DNA of 64,000 bases, taken from Octopus sinensis. Taxonomy: Eukaryota. Every line of letters starts with the position of its first letter. Position 1 is the first letter of the stretch. The stretch is from positions 28,706,001 to 28,770,000 of the forward strand of contig NC_043009.1 of the NCBI RefSeq assembly GCF_006345805.1, in the 5' to 3' direction. Made by a program: the position numbers and the translations under genes. Below, one piece after another: positions 14,179-28,289 of this stretch. The notes below the pieces were generated by a model. It searched no databases. It worked only from the letters and a program-made list of their open reading frames with translations, and was not told the DNA's origin.

Positions 14179-14408
14179 ATGTGTGTGTATATGTTTGTGT
14201 GTCTGTGTTTGTCCCCCCAACACTGCTTGACAACCGATGCTGGTGTGTTTATGTCCCCGTAACTTAGCGGTTCAGCAAAAGAGACTGATAGAATAAGTAC
14301 TAGGCTTACAAAGAATAAGTCCTTGGGTCAATTTGCTTGACAAAAGACAATGCTCTAGCATGGCCACAGTCAAATGGCTGAAACAAGTAAAAGAGTAAAA
14401 GAAACAAC

Positions 14409-14454
<46 letters not shown>

Positions 14455-15422
14455 CTTAACATCTATGTTCCAAGGGTTCAACAGACTGACAAGAGTCAAG
14501 GACTGACCTGGGCAGCACATACTCCAGCCATGCCACTACAACAAAATTCAACTCTTGTAACTCAGCAGGTTTTCATTTGAAGCATGCAAATAGTTGATAT
14601 TAGAAGGAGAACCCAACAGTAGAAACCATGCCATGTAAAATGTAGAAGTGCAATTGTGGTCACCTGACCTGCCTAGGAGGACAGCAACTCCGAAAAGGAA
14701 GTAACTCATACTAAGATGACCCAACCAACATACTCAAATACTGGGAAATAAATTGATAAAATTGGTTTCAAATTTTGGCACAAGGCCAGTAATTTGGAGG
14801 AGTGGGTGAGTCGAATAAATCAACCCCAGTACTCAACTGATACTTATTTTATTGACTCCCAAAAGGATAAAAGGCTAAGTTGACCTTGGTGGAATTTGAA
14901 CTCAGAATGTAAACATTGTGCAGGAGTGGCTGTGTGGTAAGTAGCTTGCTTACCAACCACATGGTTCTGTTTTCAGTCCCACTGTGTGACACCTTGGGCA
15001 AGTGTCTTCTACTATAGCCTTGGGCCAACCAAAGCCTTGTGAGTGAATTTGGTAGACGGAAACTGAAAGAAGCCCATCATATATAAATTACATATAGTGT
15101 GTGTGTGTGTGTGTGTGGTGTGTGTGTGTGTGTGTGTATGTGTGTGCGTGTGTGTGTGTGTTTGTGCCCCCACCATCACTTGACAACTGACAATGGTACA
15201 TTTATGTTGCTGTAACCTAGCAGAATAAGTACTAGGCTCACAAAGAATAAGTCCTGGCATCAATGTGCTCAACTAAAGGCGGTGCTCCAGCATGGCCACA
15301 GTCAAAATGACTGAAACAAGTAAAAGAATAAAAGAACAAAATGGCAAAATGCCGCTAAGCATTTTCCCCAGAATGCTAACGATTCTGCCAGTTCACAGCC
15401 TTACATAGATTGCTAATAATGT

Positions 15423-15729
15423 GTGGAGGCACATGGCCTAGTGGTTAGAGCAGTGGACTCGCGGTTGAGGGATCACGGGTTCAAATCTCAGACCGGATGA
15501 TGTGTGCGTTTATGACAGAAACATCTAAGCTCCACGCAGCTCTGGCAGAAGGTAACGGTGATCTTCTGCTTACTCTTTCGCCACAACTTTCTCTCACTCT
15601 TTCCTCTTGCATCTTGCAGCTCACCTGCGATGGACCGGCATCCCATCCAGATGGGAACCTATACACCAAGGAAACCAGGAAACTGGCCCTTATGAGCCAG
15701 GCATGGCTCAAGAAGGAACAAACAACAAA
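15423..15729 (+). mobile_element. SINE family C (tRNA head, CCTGCGATGGAC..CATCCCATCCAG V/Nin-like domain, (AAC)n tail)
   Basis: A/B boxes present; TSD CTAATAATGT at 15413-15422 and 15730-15739; copies at 34796-35109 and 55533-55837. Confidence 0.88.
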
Positions 15730-16732
15730 CTAATAATGTATTGTTACCAAAGTCATGGAGCATTTATGATATTCGTCTGTTATGCCTTTTGATATTGGGA
15801 AATATACAGATAAAACTTAATCGGAGTCCTGTAGATTTTATAATATTATTCTGTTCATCATAATGCTATGTGTTTAATTATTGTGTTTTGAAGAACATTT
15901 ATTATGAAATGTAACTAAAGACATAAATTGCAATATCTAAAGTTCAAGTGTTAGGCTTTAAATAGCCTTAACTATGGAACATCAAATGCAATCAAAATTT
16001 TTAAGAGAAGCGTTGAAATTTTAATGTTATATATAAAATAGCTCTATGTATTGAATAAAATATCAAAAGCTTAATGAAAATGGATAGCTTAAATAGGTAC
16101 AAGAGTTACAAATTTAATAACCTTAATTAAGGAACATAATCAAAGACATAATGAACATGTTTAACATAATGAAACACTTCTACAACTAAGGTTTATATTT
16201 TTATGCTTCAAGGCAAAATAAAGAATGTTCTGGTAATATGGAATTTCCGGGGGTCCTGCTAATTGCTTTAAATCTGGTAATTTATACATTTAGAATCAGT
16301 TTAACTCTTTGAAAATTTATTTGGAAAAGAATGACAGAACCAAATAGAAATCTACAAGGATTTCACTCAGCCAAAATTGTAAGTCTGGGAAAACAGATCT
16401 ATAGACATGTTTTGGATGTGAAACCAGAAGAAAAAAAAAAGAAGAATTGTTGTTTATTTTATCAAGGGGAGTATTATATTGCCCCTAAGGATTCCATCGA
16501 CAGAACGCACTGGAACTGAAGACTTCATAAAAAAAATTCTATAATATGGTACAGTTCTTTTCTGTGCATTATGAAGTGAGGAATGGCTTGGTTCTGAAGG
16601 GAATAGATGAGAAATAAGTGCCAATGCTAGTTTGATAAATGGTAAAAGATTTCTGATTTGGCATTCAAGGTCTCGTTTGAAGATACAATTTCAAGATGGC
16701 CTGTAACTCAATGTGTGTGTGCATTTGTGTGT

Positions 16733-16771
<39 letters not shown>

Positions 16772-16929
16772 TGCATGTGTATATATGTGTACGTGGATGT
16801 CTGCATATGTGTATGTACATGTTTCAATGTGTTTATGTGCATTGGCAGGTATTTTCTTAGTGTGTAATTGTGTGCTTTGGATGAAAGGAGTGAAGAAGTA
16901 GGAGTAGAGACAGATAAAAAAATATCTGA

Positions 16930-17050
16930 GTGAGAGAGAGAAAGAGAGAGAGAGAGAAAGAATTAGAGAGAGAGAGAGCGCGCGAAAGAGAGAGAGAGAG
17001 AGGAGAGAGAGAGAGCGAAAGAGAGAGAAAGATAGAATAGAAAGTGGAAG
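16930..17050. repeat. (GA)n-rich tract
   Basis: Seen directly. Confidence 0.9.
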
Positions 17051-18317
17051 CAAAAGAGGAAATAAGAAAGGTTAGATGAGTTGGTTAAAAGAAAGATGTT
17101 GGATGAGGAAGTGCTAAATGCCAAGAAATATAAAGTTAATAATGGTTGTGGTTATAGGTGTTATGTGAGGTTGCTGGAGACAGATCTTCTGCTGAATCCT
17201 TACATCTCCCAGTTCCTCTGACACCAAATCCCCTGAACGAAAACAATTAGTCTTTGTCAGTTAATATAACCAAGGGACATGACATTAGTATACAAGTCAG
17301 AGTATTGTAAACACCAAAAATGTATATTAAATGCAGCATAGCAGTTTGGTAAGAGAAGGATGTCTTTGCGTGGTAAAATATTAAATCTAAGAGGATAACA
17401 GTTCCTGGAGGGATTGCAGAGATCGGGTTTCAAATTGAACTAAAATTTAGAATGTACAAGTTTGTAGATGAAAATCTAAGTATGAACATATATTTTCTTA
17501 TTACTTAATAATTTCTCATTTTGGTTTTAAATGTAAACAAACAGGCTGCTGTGTGGTAAAAAGCTTGCTTCCCAACGACATAATTCTGGGTTCAGTCCCA
17601 CTGTGTGACACCTTGGGCAAGTGTCTTCTACTATAGCCTTAGGTTGAATGAAGCCTTGTAAGTTTATTTGGAAGGCGCAAACTGGGGGAAACCTGTTGTG
17701 TGTGTGTCTTTGTGACTGGATTTGTCTCCTACCACTGCTTGACAACCAGTGTTGGTTTGTTTACGTTTCTGCAGCTTGGCGGTTCAACAACAACAACAAA
17801 AAAAGCCTGAAAGCATAACTACCAGAATTAAATGAAAAAGAAAGAAAGAAAAATACACTGGGGTTGATTTATTCGACTAAAAATGCTTCAAGGTGGTGCT
17901 CCAGCATGGCCGCAGTCAACTGACTTGAACAAGTGAAGAACAAAAGATATGTAAGCACACACTTGCACACTTACACACAGAGACATACAATGAAGAACGA
18001 TTGAGTATTATACATCTCAAGGCATAAAAATAGTTTTATAGTCAAAACTTGTTTGAAATTTTTTTTATATCTGTGTCATTTTATCGTCAAATATCTGTGA
18101 AATATTTTTTAATAATCATGTTTGGCTGATTTCTGGCTTTCTTAGTCAAAATAGAAAACATGAACAATTATTCCCACTATAGTCATGGAATTTCAGAAAG
18201 TATAGGGTAAATGGTAAAACAAATATGAATACATACATATACACACTTATATATGTGTGTGCATATGTATGTGTATGGTGTACATATATATATATTAATA
18301 ATAATATCTAATTATCA

Positions 18318-18539
18318 GTCGTAACTGCTCCTGTCCTTTCTCGCCCGCTTGCAAGGGCTGGTTGACAAATTTTCCCTCTCGTCTTCCACGATAATCCAGC
18401 GTTTACAATACTTTTTTCGTCTGGCGTTAACAGCCCTTCTTATTTGTTCTCCTTGTCTTGTCTCTCACTGTTATATATTTATTTTTCCACTGTTTATTTA
18501 TATATTTTTACTGTTTATATTTTTGTTACGCGTTACCGT

Positions 18540-18571
<32 letters not shown>

Positions 18572-19747
18572 CCCCTCTGCGAAAAGATCTCAGAATTTTA
18601 ATGATTTGCTTTTCGCGGGAAGGAATTTTTCTTCGAAGTATACGTCTCGCTTTTATCCTTCGAAACGTTTAGTAGATGAATCTTAGCGACTGAAGAAGGG
18701 GATTTTTCGTTGTGCTTATTGTCCTGTATCTCTCCCCCCCTTTTTTTTTTGCTCGTCTTGTTCATTGGTTTGTGTCTATGTGTTCGACGTCTTTTTGGGG
18801 GTCCTGTACACATATATGCGTGTATATGTACATGTAGAGGTAGGTACGTACATATATGTTATAGTATATGCATATATTCTATTTTATTAACAATTATACG
18901 ATTATTAAACGCACGCACCCTACTAAGTAAGATTGTTCTGTTTATCAAGTTAGCCTTGATATTAACTCTCACGCGACTCTGCATCTTTCTTTCTTCTCTC
19001 CCATTCCTTTTTCGTCTTTTTTCCCTCAATTAACTTGTCTCTTCCTCTCTCTCTCATTCTTCATTCTCTCTCTCCCTTTCACCATTCTTCATGGTCTCCT
19101 CGCACTATTCCCCTTCTTCTCTCTCTTCCTCTTGCTCCTCCTCCCCCATTCCCGTCATCCATCTGCGACGATACTTCCGTCGTAACTGCCCTGTCCTTTC
19201 TCGCCGCCTTGCAAGGCTTCTGGTTGACAAATTTTCCCTCTCTGTCTTCCACGATAATCCAGCGTTTACAATACTTTTTTCGTCTGGCGTTAACAGCCCT
19301 TCTTATCTGTTCTCCTTGTCTTGTCTCTCACTGTTATATATTTATTTTTCCACTGTTATATATATATTTTACTGTTTTATATGTTTGTTACTGTCGTTAC
19401 CGTCTTGCTTTTTTTTTTTTTTTTTTTTTTTACCCTCTGCGAAAAGATCTCAGAATTTTAATTGATTTGCTTTTCGCGGGAAGGAATTTTTCTTCGAAGT
19501 ATACGTCTCGCTTTATCCTTCGAAACGTTTAGTAGATGAAATCTTAGCGACTGAAGAAGGGGATTTTCGTTGGCTTATTGTCCTGTATCTCTCCCCCCTT
19601 TTTTTTTTTGCTCTCGTCTGTTCCTTGGTTTGTGTCTATGTGTTCGAACGTCTTTTGGTGTCTGTACACATATATGCGTGTATATGTACATGTAGAGGTA
19701 GGTACGTACATATATGTTTATAATATGCAATATTCTATTTATTAACA
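18318..19747. repeat. Partial tandem repeat of an unclassified CpG-rich element (861-bp period, ~570-bp overlap)
   Basis: GTCGTAACTGC at 18318 and 19179; copies differ mainly by 1-bp indels; flanked by (AT)n. Confidence 0.85.
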
Positions 19748-19800
19748 TAATATAATATAATATATATTATATAATACTATATATATATATATATATAATA

Positions 19801-19983
19801 GTTGGCTTAGGAAGGGCATCCAGCCGGAGTGGTTGGCGTTAGGAAGGGCATCCAGCCGTAGAAACACTGCCAGATCTGACTGGGCCTGATGAAGCCTTCT
19901 GGCTTCACAGACCCCAGTTGAACCGTCCAACCCATGCTAGCATGAAAAGCGACGCTAAACGATGATGATGATGATGATGATGA
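19801..19983 (+). mobile_element. Short 5'-truncated copy of the RTE 3' end
   Basis: Near-identical to the reverse complement of 50225-50380; (GAT)n tail; 25-bp duplicated 5' piece. Related copies at 36450-36548+, 38603-38795-, 58775-59200- and 62941-63314-. Confidence 0.9.
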
Positions 19984-20038
19984 ATATATATATATATAAT
20001 ATATATATATATATATAAAATATATATAATAATATATA

Positions 20039-20079
<41 letters not shown>

Positions 20080-20393
20080 CAGTGAGCTGGCAGAAACATT
20101 AGCACGCAAAATGCTTAGTGCTATTATGTCTGTAAGAGCAAACTAAGATACATATCACTGTGTCATCATCATCATCGTCGTCGTCGTCATCATGATGTAG
20201 TTAGCATAATTGTCAGCATCTATTTTCCATGCTGGATGCTCTTGCTGTCACCAATCCTGAACTTTTTCCAAGCAAAACAATATTTCCCTATCACAAGACA
20301 TGTTTTCATGGAAGATTGGGAGTGAATAACACACTGCTTGCATGGCAGTGACACTCATTTACAACTAATACTTTATGCCAATATAATGAGGCA

Positions 20394-20446
<53 letters not shown>

Positions 20447-21397
20447 AATACATACTCACATTCATGCATACACACATAGAGGCATACATTCTATGTTTTA
20501 CTTCCTTCACTCATTGGACTGTGGCTTTGATGGGGTACTGCCGCGATGGGTTTAGTCAAGCAAATTGACTAAACACACACATATATACATATACATGGCC
20601 ATATATGTACACACATACACACCCACATATACACGCACAGACGCACACACACACACTCACAAATACATATACACACATGATCGGCTTCTACACAGTTTCT
20701 GTCTACCAAATTACTCACAGTGTGTTATTCAGTCAGTAAGAGACACTTGCTCAAGATTCACAGCAATGGTACTGATCCTGAAACCCCATGGTTGGGAAGA
20801 AAAATTCTTAACCACGACAGTAATGCAAAGACAAATAGATAAACTGATAAAAAGAGAATAGGAGAGGGTAAGAGAAAAATCAATTGACTCCTGTGCTTGA
20901 AATGATACTGTATTTATCGACCCAGAAACAATAAAAGGCAAAACTGACCTTTGTGTGATTCAAACACAGAGTGCGAGAACAAGTGCTATAATGCATTCCA
21001 TGTGAGGCTCTGATGCCTTTACCAGTTTGCCATTTGGTAGAAGCTTTATACAATATTAAATATATTGGTAGTAGCAGAGGAGCAATAAAAAGTCTGTATT
21101 CTGAGAAGTTAAATATAAACTTGTTGATAAAGGAATTTTTGTCAATTTTTTTTCTATTTTTCCTTCATAGTGACTTCCATTTTTGTTCTGGTGGTGCTGG
21201 TGGTGGGACAAATATTTTAGTTTTCTTTCATAATTTATTTAAAAAATTTTCTCACTTTTAGCATAGGTGTAAAAAGTAATTTGATGTCTGTTGCGTATAT
21301 ACATAAAACACATATATAGAAAAGCAATGACTTTGCTTACATGTATATATACATACTTAAACACACATACACACACACATATGCATATGTATATACT

Positions 21398-21430
<33 letters not shown>

Positions 21431-21632
21431 TACATACATACATCATCATCATAATATACAGATATACATGGTCACATGTATATATGTATATATATATATT
21501 AATATATATATATACATACATCATCATCATAATATACAGATATACATGGTCACATGTATATATGTATATATATATAATATTATAAATAAATAAATAATAT
21601 TTATAAAATGAATAACTATATAATATATAATA

Positions 21633-21669
<37 letters not shown>

Positions 21670-21679
<10 letters not shown>

Positions 21680-21891
21680 TATGTGAGTATATATATCTAT
21701 TTATCTATGTATGTATATATTTATATATGCATATATATAATATGTGCATGTATGTGTGTGTATGTGTGTGTTACATATACATACTTACATGCTATACATA
21801 CTACATACATACATACATACATACATACATCATACATACATACATACATACATACAAGCATATATATATATATATAAATTTATACATATGT

Positions 21892-21935
<44 letters not shown>

Positions 21936-22818
21936 GACAGCTTTAAACTTTTTAAATTTTTTGCAGCTTAAATTCTTACCTATGCTGGAGGTAACCTATT
22001 GATTGCTTCACAATTCACTTTGTATGGTTTATAAATAAATACACACATACCTATACATATATGTCTATATAAACATGTGTTTTTGTTGTGCATGTGTGTT
22101 ATGAAAAACACGACTATGTTCCAGCTTCATATTTTTATTAAAGATATTTTGTATTTTTGCATAAATATTTTGCAGTTTTGTTGGAACAATATGTAAATCC
22201 ATAATCAAAGTTTCTAGACTTTCTCCGACTCTTATCAGGATAGTAGTAAATACAACACCAATTTGAGCCTCTCACTGCCGCCAGTTTTAAGATTAACAAT
22301 TGTTTCTTTCTCTCTTTCCTTCTGTCATGACTTTTGTTTTATGGTTTATATGATGGCTTCTCAACTCTGTTTAACATTTCTAGCAGTCTGGCTTCAGTTT
22401 TGGCAACTATAAGTTAGTCTCTGAACAAATTTGAACAGATGAATAATGGTAGAAGAACAATCACTGAACATTGTGAAAAAAAAAAGCTCTATTATGGCCA
22501 CATTCGAAGAAGCAGAAGTTTGGAAAACTTTACCTGAAAGGAAGATTAGAAGGTAAGAAAATCAAGAGGCAGGCAAAGAATGCAGTGGATGGACAATATC
22601 ATGAATTGGTTGTGATGCAAGTGGAAAAGACAGCGCTGGAGAACTTGCGCTTGATGGGCAAAGACCTTCATTGCAGTGTCATTAATGTGCCACAGGCATA
22701 TGGCAGATGACACGACAATATAGAAAAGCCTTTCTCCATGTATAGAAATATATATATATACACGTCTGTCTGTGTGCATATATATAAATATGTGCATGCA
22801 TATATATATATTATAATA

Positions 22819-22867
<49 letters not shown>

Positions 22868-23992
22868 TATGTGAGTATTATATATCTATTTATATATGTA
22901 TGTATATATTTATATATGCATGTATATATATATGTGCATGTAAATGTGTGTGTATATGTGTGTGTACATATACATACTTACATGCATACATACATACATA
23001 CATACATACATACATCATACATAACATACATACATACATACAAGCATAATATATATATATATAAATTTATACATATGTACACACACATATATTATAATAA
23101 TATATAATACATCAGACAGCTTTAAACTTTTAAAATTTTTTGCAGCTTAAATTCTTACCTAGCTGGAGTAACCTATTGATTGCTTCACAATTCACTTTGT
23201 ATGGTTTATAAATAAATACACACATACCTATACATATATGTCTATATAAACATGTGTTGTGTGCATGTGTGGCTTATGAAAAACACGACTATGTTCCAGC
23301 TTCATATTTTTATTAAAGATATTTTGTATTTTTGCATAAATATTTTGCAGTTTTGTTGGAACAATATGTATAATCCATAATCAAAGTTTCTAGACTTTCT
23401 CCGACTTATTATCAGGATAGTAATTGTATTTTTAATAAAACATACATTCAACCTATTTGAGCCTCTCACTGCCCAGTTTAAGATTAACAATTGCTTTCTC
23501 TTTTCCTTCTGTCATGACTTTTGTTTTATGGTTTATATGATGGCTTCTCAACTCTGTTTAACATTTCTAGCAGTCTGGCTTCAGTTTTGGCAAGTATAAG
23601 TTAGTCTCTGAACAAATTTGAACAGATGAATAATGGTAGAAGATGACAATCACTGAACATTGTGAAAAAATGAAAAGCTCTATTATGGCCACATTCGAAG
23701 AAGCAGAAGTTTGGAAAACTTTACCTTGAAAGGAAGATTAGAAGGTAAGAAAATCAAGAGGCAGGCAAAGAATGCAGTGGATGGACAATATCATGAATTG
23801 GTTGGATGAAAGTGGAAAAGACAGCAGCTGGAGAACTTGCGCTTGATGGGCAAAGACCTTCATTGCAGTGTCATTAATGTGCCACAGGCATATGGCAGAT
23901 GACAACGACAATATAGAAAAGCCTTTCTCCATGTATAGAAATATATATATATACACGTCTGTCTGTGTGCATATATATAAATATGTGCATGC

Positions 23993-24050
<58 letters not shown>
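21670..24050. repeat. Tandem duplication, ~1.18-kb unit
   Basis: CATCAGACAGCTTTAAAC at 21931 and 23110; copies differ by many small indels. Confidence 0.9.
23620..23910 (+). pseudogene. RTE/BovB-type LINE 3' fragment (duplicated at ~22440-22720)
   Basis: Translates to YYGHIRRSRSLENFTLKGRLEGK / SRGRQRMQWMDNIMNW with one frameshift, typical of the RTE C-terminus. Confidence 0.75.
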
Positions 24051-24057
<7 letters not shown>

Positions 24058-24562
24058 GTATATCTATCTATCTGTCTATTTATCTATCTGTCTGTCTGTC
24101 TGTCTGTCAGTTTTAGTCATTAGACTGTGGCCATGCTGGGGCACTGCCTTGAATTCTTAGTCAAATCAGTCAACCCCAGGTACTTATTTTTTAAGCCTGG
24201 CACGTATTTTATCAGTCTCCTTTGCTGAACCACTAAGCTAAGGGGAAGTAAACACACCAACACCGGTTGTCAAGTGGTGATGGGAGGAGGACAAACAGAC
24301 AAACTCACATAGATATATATAAATATATATATGATGGGATTTTTTCAGTTTCTATCTACCAAATCCACTCACAAACCTATAGTAGATGACACTTGCTCAT
24401 GGTGCCACATAGTTGGACTGAACCCAGAACTCTGTGGCTGGGAAGCAAGCTTCTTACCACACAACCACTCCTGCACCTATATATATACACATATACCTAC
24501 AAATGTGTTTGCATATATATATAAATATGCATATGTATATGTAGATATGTATGTAATGCATA

Positions 24563-24601
<39 letters not shown>

Positions 24602-25399
24602 TGTTGGCGAGCTGGCAGAATCGTTAGCATGCCAGTCAGAATGCTTATTAGTATTTCATCTGCCGCTATGTTCTGTGTTTAAATTCCGCTGAGGTCGACT
24701 TTGCCTTTCATCCGTTTGGGGTCGATTAAATAAGTACCAGTTACGCACTGGGGTCGATATAATCAACTTAATCCATTTGTATGTCCTTCTTTCTCCTCTC
24801 TGTGTTTAGCTCCTTGTGGGTAGTAAAGAAATAGGTACTAGTATTATTATAGTTGTTGGAGTTGGTTGTACTCATTGCTGTTGCAGTGTTGCCATTGTTG
24901 ATATTGTTGCAAAACGTGCACAGATGTGCACGCAAACACGTGCATTGCTTAGCAGGGAAGATGTTTACAATTACCATCTAATGTTCTTCTCTCTTTCCAA
25001 GCAGACCCACAGACCCTGAAAAAAATATATAATTAAAAAAAAGGCCAAAAAATAAAATAACATTACAGAAATGGAAGCTAAACGAAACTGCATCTAACCA
25101 AACCATAAAATAAACAAATAGACAAACAAATAAATCACTCAACTCAGAAATAAAAACAAATCGCTCTTTCTTCACCTCATCTCATTCACCTTCACCTCAC
25201 TTCATCAATTAAAATTGAGATTAATTAAAGGGAGCTTTTAGTTTCTGCTGTTGTCAGCTGGTTTCAAACAAAGGCTTTGTGATGGAAACTTTGTCGGTGC
25301 AATCAGTCGCCACAGCCAAACTCCGTGAACATAGAGACTATTTGTTGCCGAGCATATGTTTCTGGTTTTTAATTGTTTCATAATGCATGTTCCATATTG

Positions 25400-26090
25400 G
25401 TCCTCACTTGCCACTACTGCTACTACTACTACTACTACTACTACTGCTGCTGCTGGGCACCCCTCCCACCACCCCGGTCTGCTGCTCTACGGCTGGCTGT
25501 GAGTTATAATAATGATTGCTTCACATCATCACGGGTTTACTTATTAATTTTTTTAATTTTCTTTCTTATTTTCTTTTTTTTTTGCACCCCATTAAAGAAT
25601 ATCAATACCCTTTACTATTGTTATTATAACTTTCGACATGCACCACTTAACAACGGTTGAGAGGGTTTCAAGTCTTTGTGCAAACTCCTCCTCCCAATCC
25701 TCCCCTTCCGCCCTGCTTCCCCTCCTCCTCCTTATATAATTTTATTCTTTTGTTATTTTTTGCATTTGTTTTCCTGGTGTATTGTTGTCGGTTGTGGTTT
25801 ATTCTCCTTGTTGTTGTTACCGTTGTTGTTGTTGTTGTTGTTGTTGTTGTTAGTAGTAGTAGTGATCGTATGGTTCTCAATGGTATCGATGTTGTTGTTG
25901 CTGTTGTTGTTGCTGTCGTAGTTGATGGTGATATTCGTGACAGTAATGTTGCTGGCAATAATACTGTTGTAAGTGTTGTTGTTGTAGGTGCTGGTGATAT
26001 CGCTGCTGATGTTGGTGATGCTGGTGGCGATGGTAGTGATGTTGTTGTTGGTGGTTGTGGTGAGGTGAAGTGGGAGGAAGATACTAGACG
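25400..26090. repeat. Mixed (CTA)n/(GTT)n low-complexity tract
   Basis: Seen directly. Confidence 0.85.
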
Positions 26091-26342
26091 AAGGAGACTT
26101 TGTATTGTTTATTAAAATGTTAATTGTTTTCTTTTCTGTTGTCATATAAAAGGAAATGTGCCTATGTGTATATATACATCAGCATCTGTGTTCTTATATG
26201 TGTATGTATGCATGCATGTATGTATGTATGTATGTATGTATGTATGTATGTATGTATGTATGTATGTATGTATGTATGTATGTATGTTTGTATATATATG
26301 GATGGGTGGATGTATATATTTGTGGTTGTGTGTGCACATGGA

Positions 26343-26600
26343 CATATGTGGTTTAGTGGTTAGGGGTGTTGCAGTAACGGTTGTAAGATTGTGGTTTCAA
26401 TTCCTGGACTGGGTTTTGCATTGTTCTTGAGCAAAACACTTTCAAATTGCTCCATTCTACTCAGCTGGCAAATGTGTGTATTCCTGAAATGGACTAGTGT
26501 CCCATCCAGGTGGAATATATACACCACTGAATTCAAGAAACCAATCTTAAGAGATCGAGGCTCTGGAAGGACCTTTGATTCCCACTTTGTTTCTGTGTGT
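26343..26600 (+). mobile_element. tRNA-headed SINE related to families C/D
   Basis: GTGGTTTAGTGGTTAG head, TGTTCTTGAGCAAAACAC block, ATGGACTAG..CCCATCCAGG block. Confidence 0.65.
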
Positions 26601-27057
26601 GTATATACATACATTAGGATTTGTGTTTTTACGTATCTGTCTGTATGTGTGTGTGTGTGTGTGGGAGATACATATATATGTACTTGTGTTTGTATACATG
26701 TGTATGTATATATTTAATCAATATAAGGGTAGCAAAAAAATTCAAGAAAAATTCAAGAAAAATTTTCTGCAACCAGCGGTCAAGTGAGAAAGTAGAAACA
26801 GTCACAGACTATATAATATATTCAACAATAGTATTAAGGAATGACCCTGACAGGCCGTTCAACTCACTTGAAAGAGCAGCTAAATTCAAACCGCAAAATA
26901 GTAGCAATTCTGAAACTAAAGGAGAAATAAAAACATTTATCCCCTTCGTGTAACAGTATGTTGGTATGTACAACTGTGTGTGTGGGTCTGTGTGTGCATG
27001 TGACTGTGTGTATATGTGTGTAAATACATACATCTAAGTTGCTTGTTTGTATACATA

Positions 27058-27273
27058 TGAGGGGGTGGTGAACAGTTCCTAGCTTTAAGGGTATTGCAAA
27101 ATACCTGGTTGGCAGCCCAACCTTCCAAGTTCTTTTATAGGACTTAGAAAAAGCGGAGGACCACAGCAATAAGTGTGTGAATCTGAGACAGGGATATGTT
27201 GAATAAAATCAAAATTAATTGATCCTCCTGGATTTTCTTTTACCCAAAGCCAGGAACTTTTCAGCACCCCTTG
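27058..27273 (+). mobile_element. Mariner-derived MITE
   Basis: TIRs (C/T)GAGGGG..GCTGAAAAGTTCC; TA TSDs; internal KCVNL(R)..YVE* remnant of the mariner C-terminus. Confidence 0.85.
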
Positions 27274-27364
27274 TATGCGTTGATGTGTATATGCATGTGT
27301 TGGTTGTTGGTGGGTGGATGAACCAGGAGTGTATGTATGTGGATGTGTGTGTAAGTATATATAT

Positions 27365-27400
<36 letters not shown>

Positions 27401-27547
27401 ATATTTTATAATTAGGGGTTAGCAAAGATTTGCTGAGCCCTAATTATAAAATATTACTTAAATTTACCGAGAAATGGTCCCGTTTCATGCCAAATTCTAC
27501 TTGGTGAAATTATTGATTACTAGTAATTAATTAATTTTACCCTTTGT

Positions 27548-27614
<67 letters not shown>

Positions 27615-27670
27615 TATATGTATATATATACATATATATGTATATATGTATATATATATGTATATATATG

Positions 27671-27709
<39 letters not shown>

Positions 27710-27736
27710 TATATATATATATATAATATATATATA

Positions 27737-27780
<44 letters not shown>

Positions 27781-28289
27781 TATGTAGTGTAACTCAAGAA
27801 GATGGTATGAACAAGCTTTGATCCAAATTACGATTGTTTCTGTGAATTAACATCAGGTGGTAATTCTTGAATGTTTCACATATCATACACATTCTTGCAT
27901 TAATATTATCCAACATATATGTACAGTTTGATGTTGTAAACAGGAAAAATTGAACTCAAAACATGTGTGTGTGCGTTTGTGTGTGTGCATGTATATATAT
28001 ATATATGTATATATACACACACATATATATATGAGTAACAAAGATGTACAGGTGTTAATACATTACAGCCGTTTCAAGTGGTTCCTTTGATTAATGAAAA
28101 CATTACCTCATCTGAAAGAAATGGTTCTCATAGACTTCATTTCATATATAAAGGATATAACCATTTTTTAAACATATTTACATCAATAATGGAACTCAAA
28201 ATATTTACATTGTTTCTTTTGTCATATCTGTTTTTGAATGAGTTTAGAAAACAATGCTTGTCAATCCTACAATAATATAGAGAGTGGGA

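Noticed and set aside
16331-16519. 62-aa ORF in non-repetitive DNA (also 5930-6115, 43084-43341, 62480-62878)
   Set aside because: Short, no recognisable homology; expected by chance.
18650-18710. Permuted (type II-like) hammerhead halves TTCGAAACGTT ... CTGAAGAAGGGG
   Set aside because: Stem II needs two wobbles and a bulge, and stem I does not form beyond 1 bp; kept only as a note in the 18318 finding.
19886-19910. CTGATGA followed by a small hairpin in the RTE tail (also in the 50300 and 63030 copies)
   Set aside because: No downstream GAAA, stem III or stem I, so not a hammerhead.
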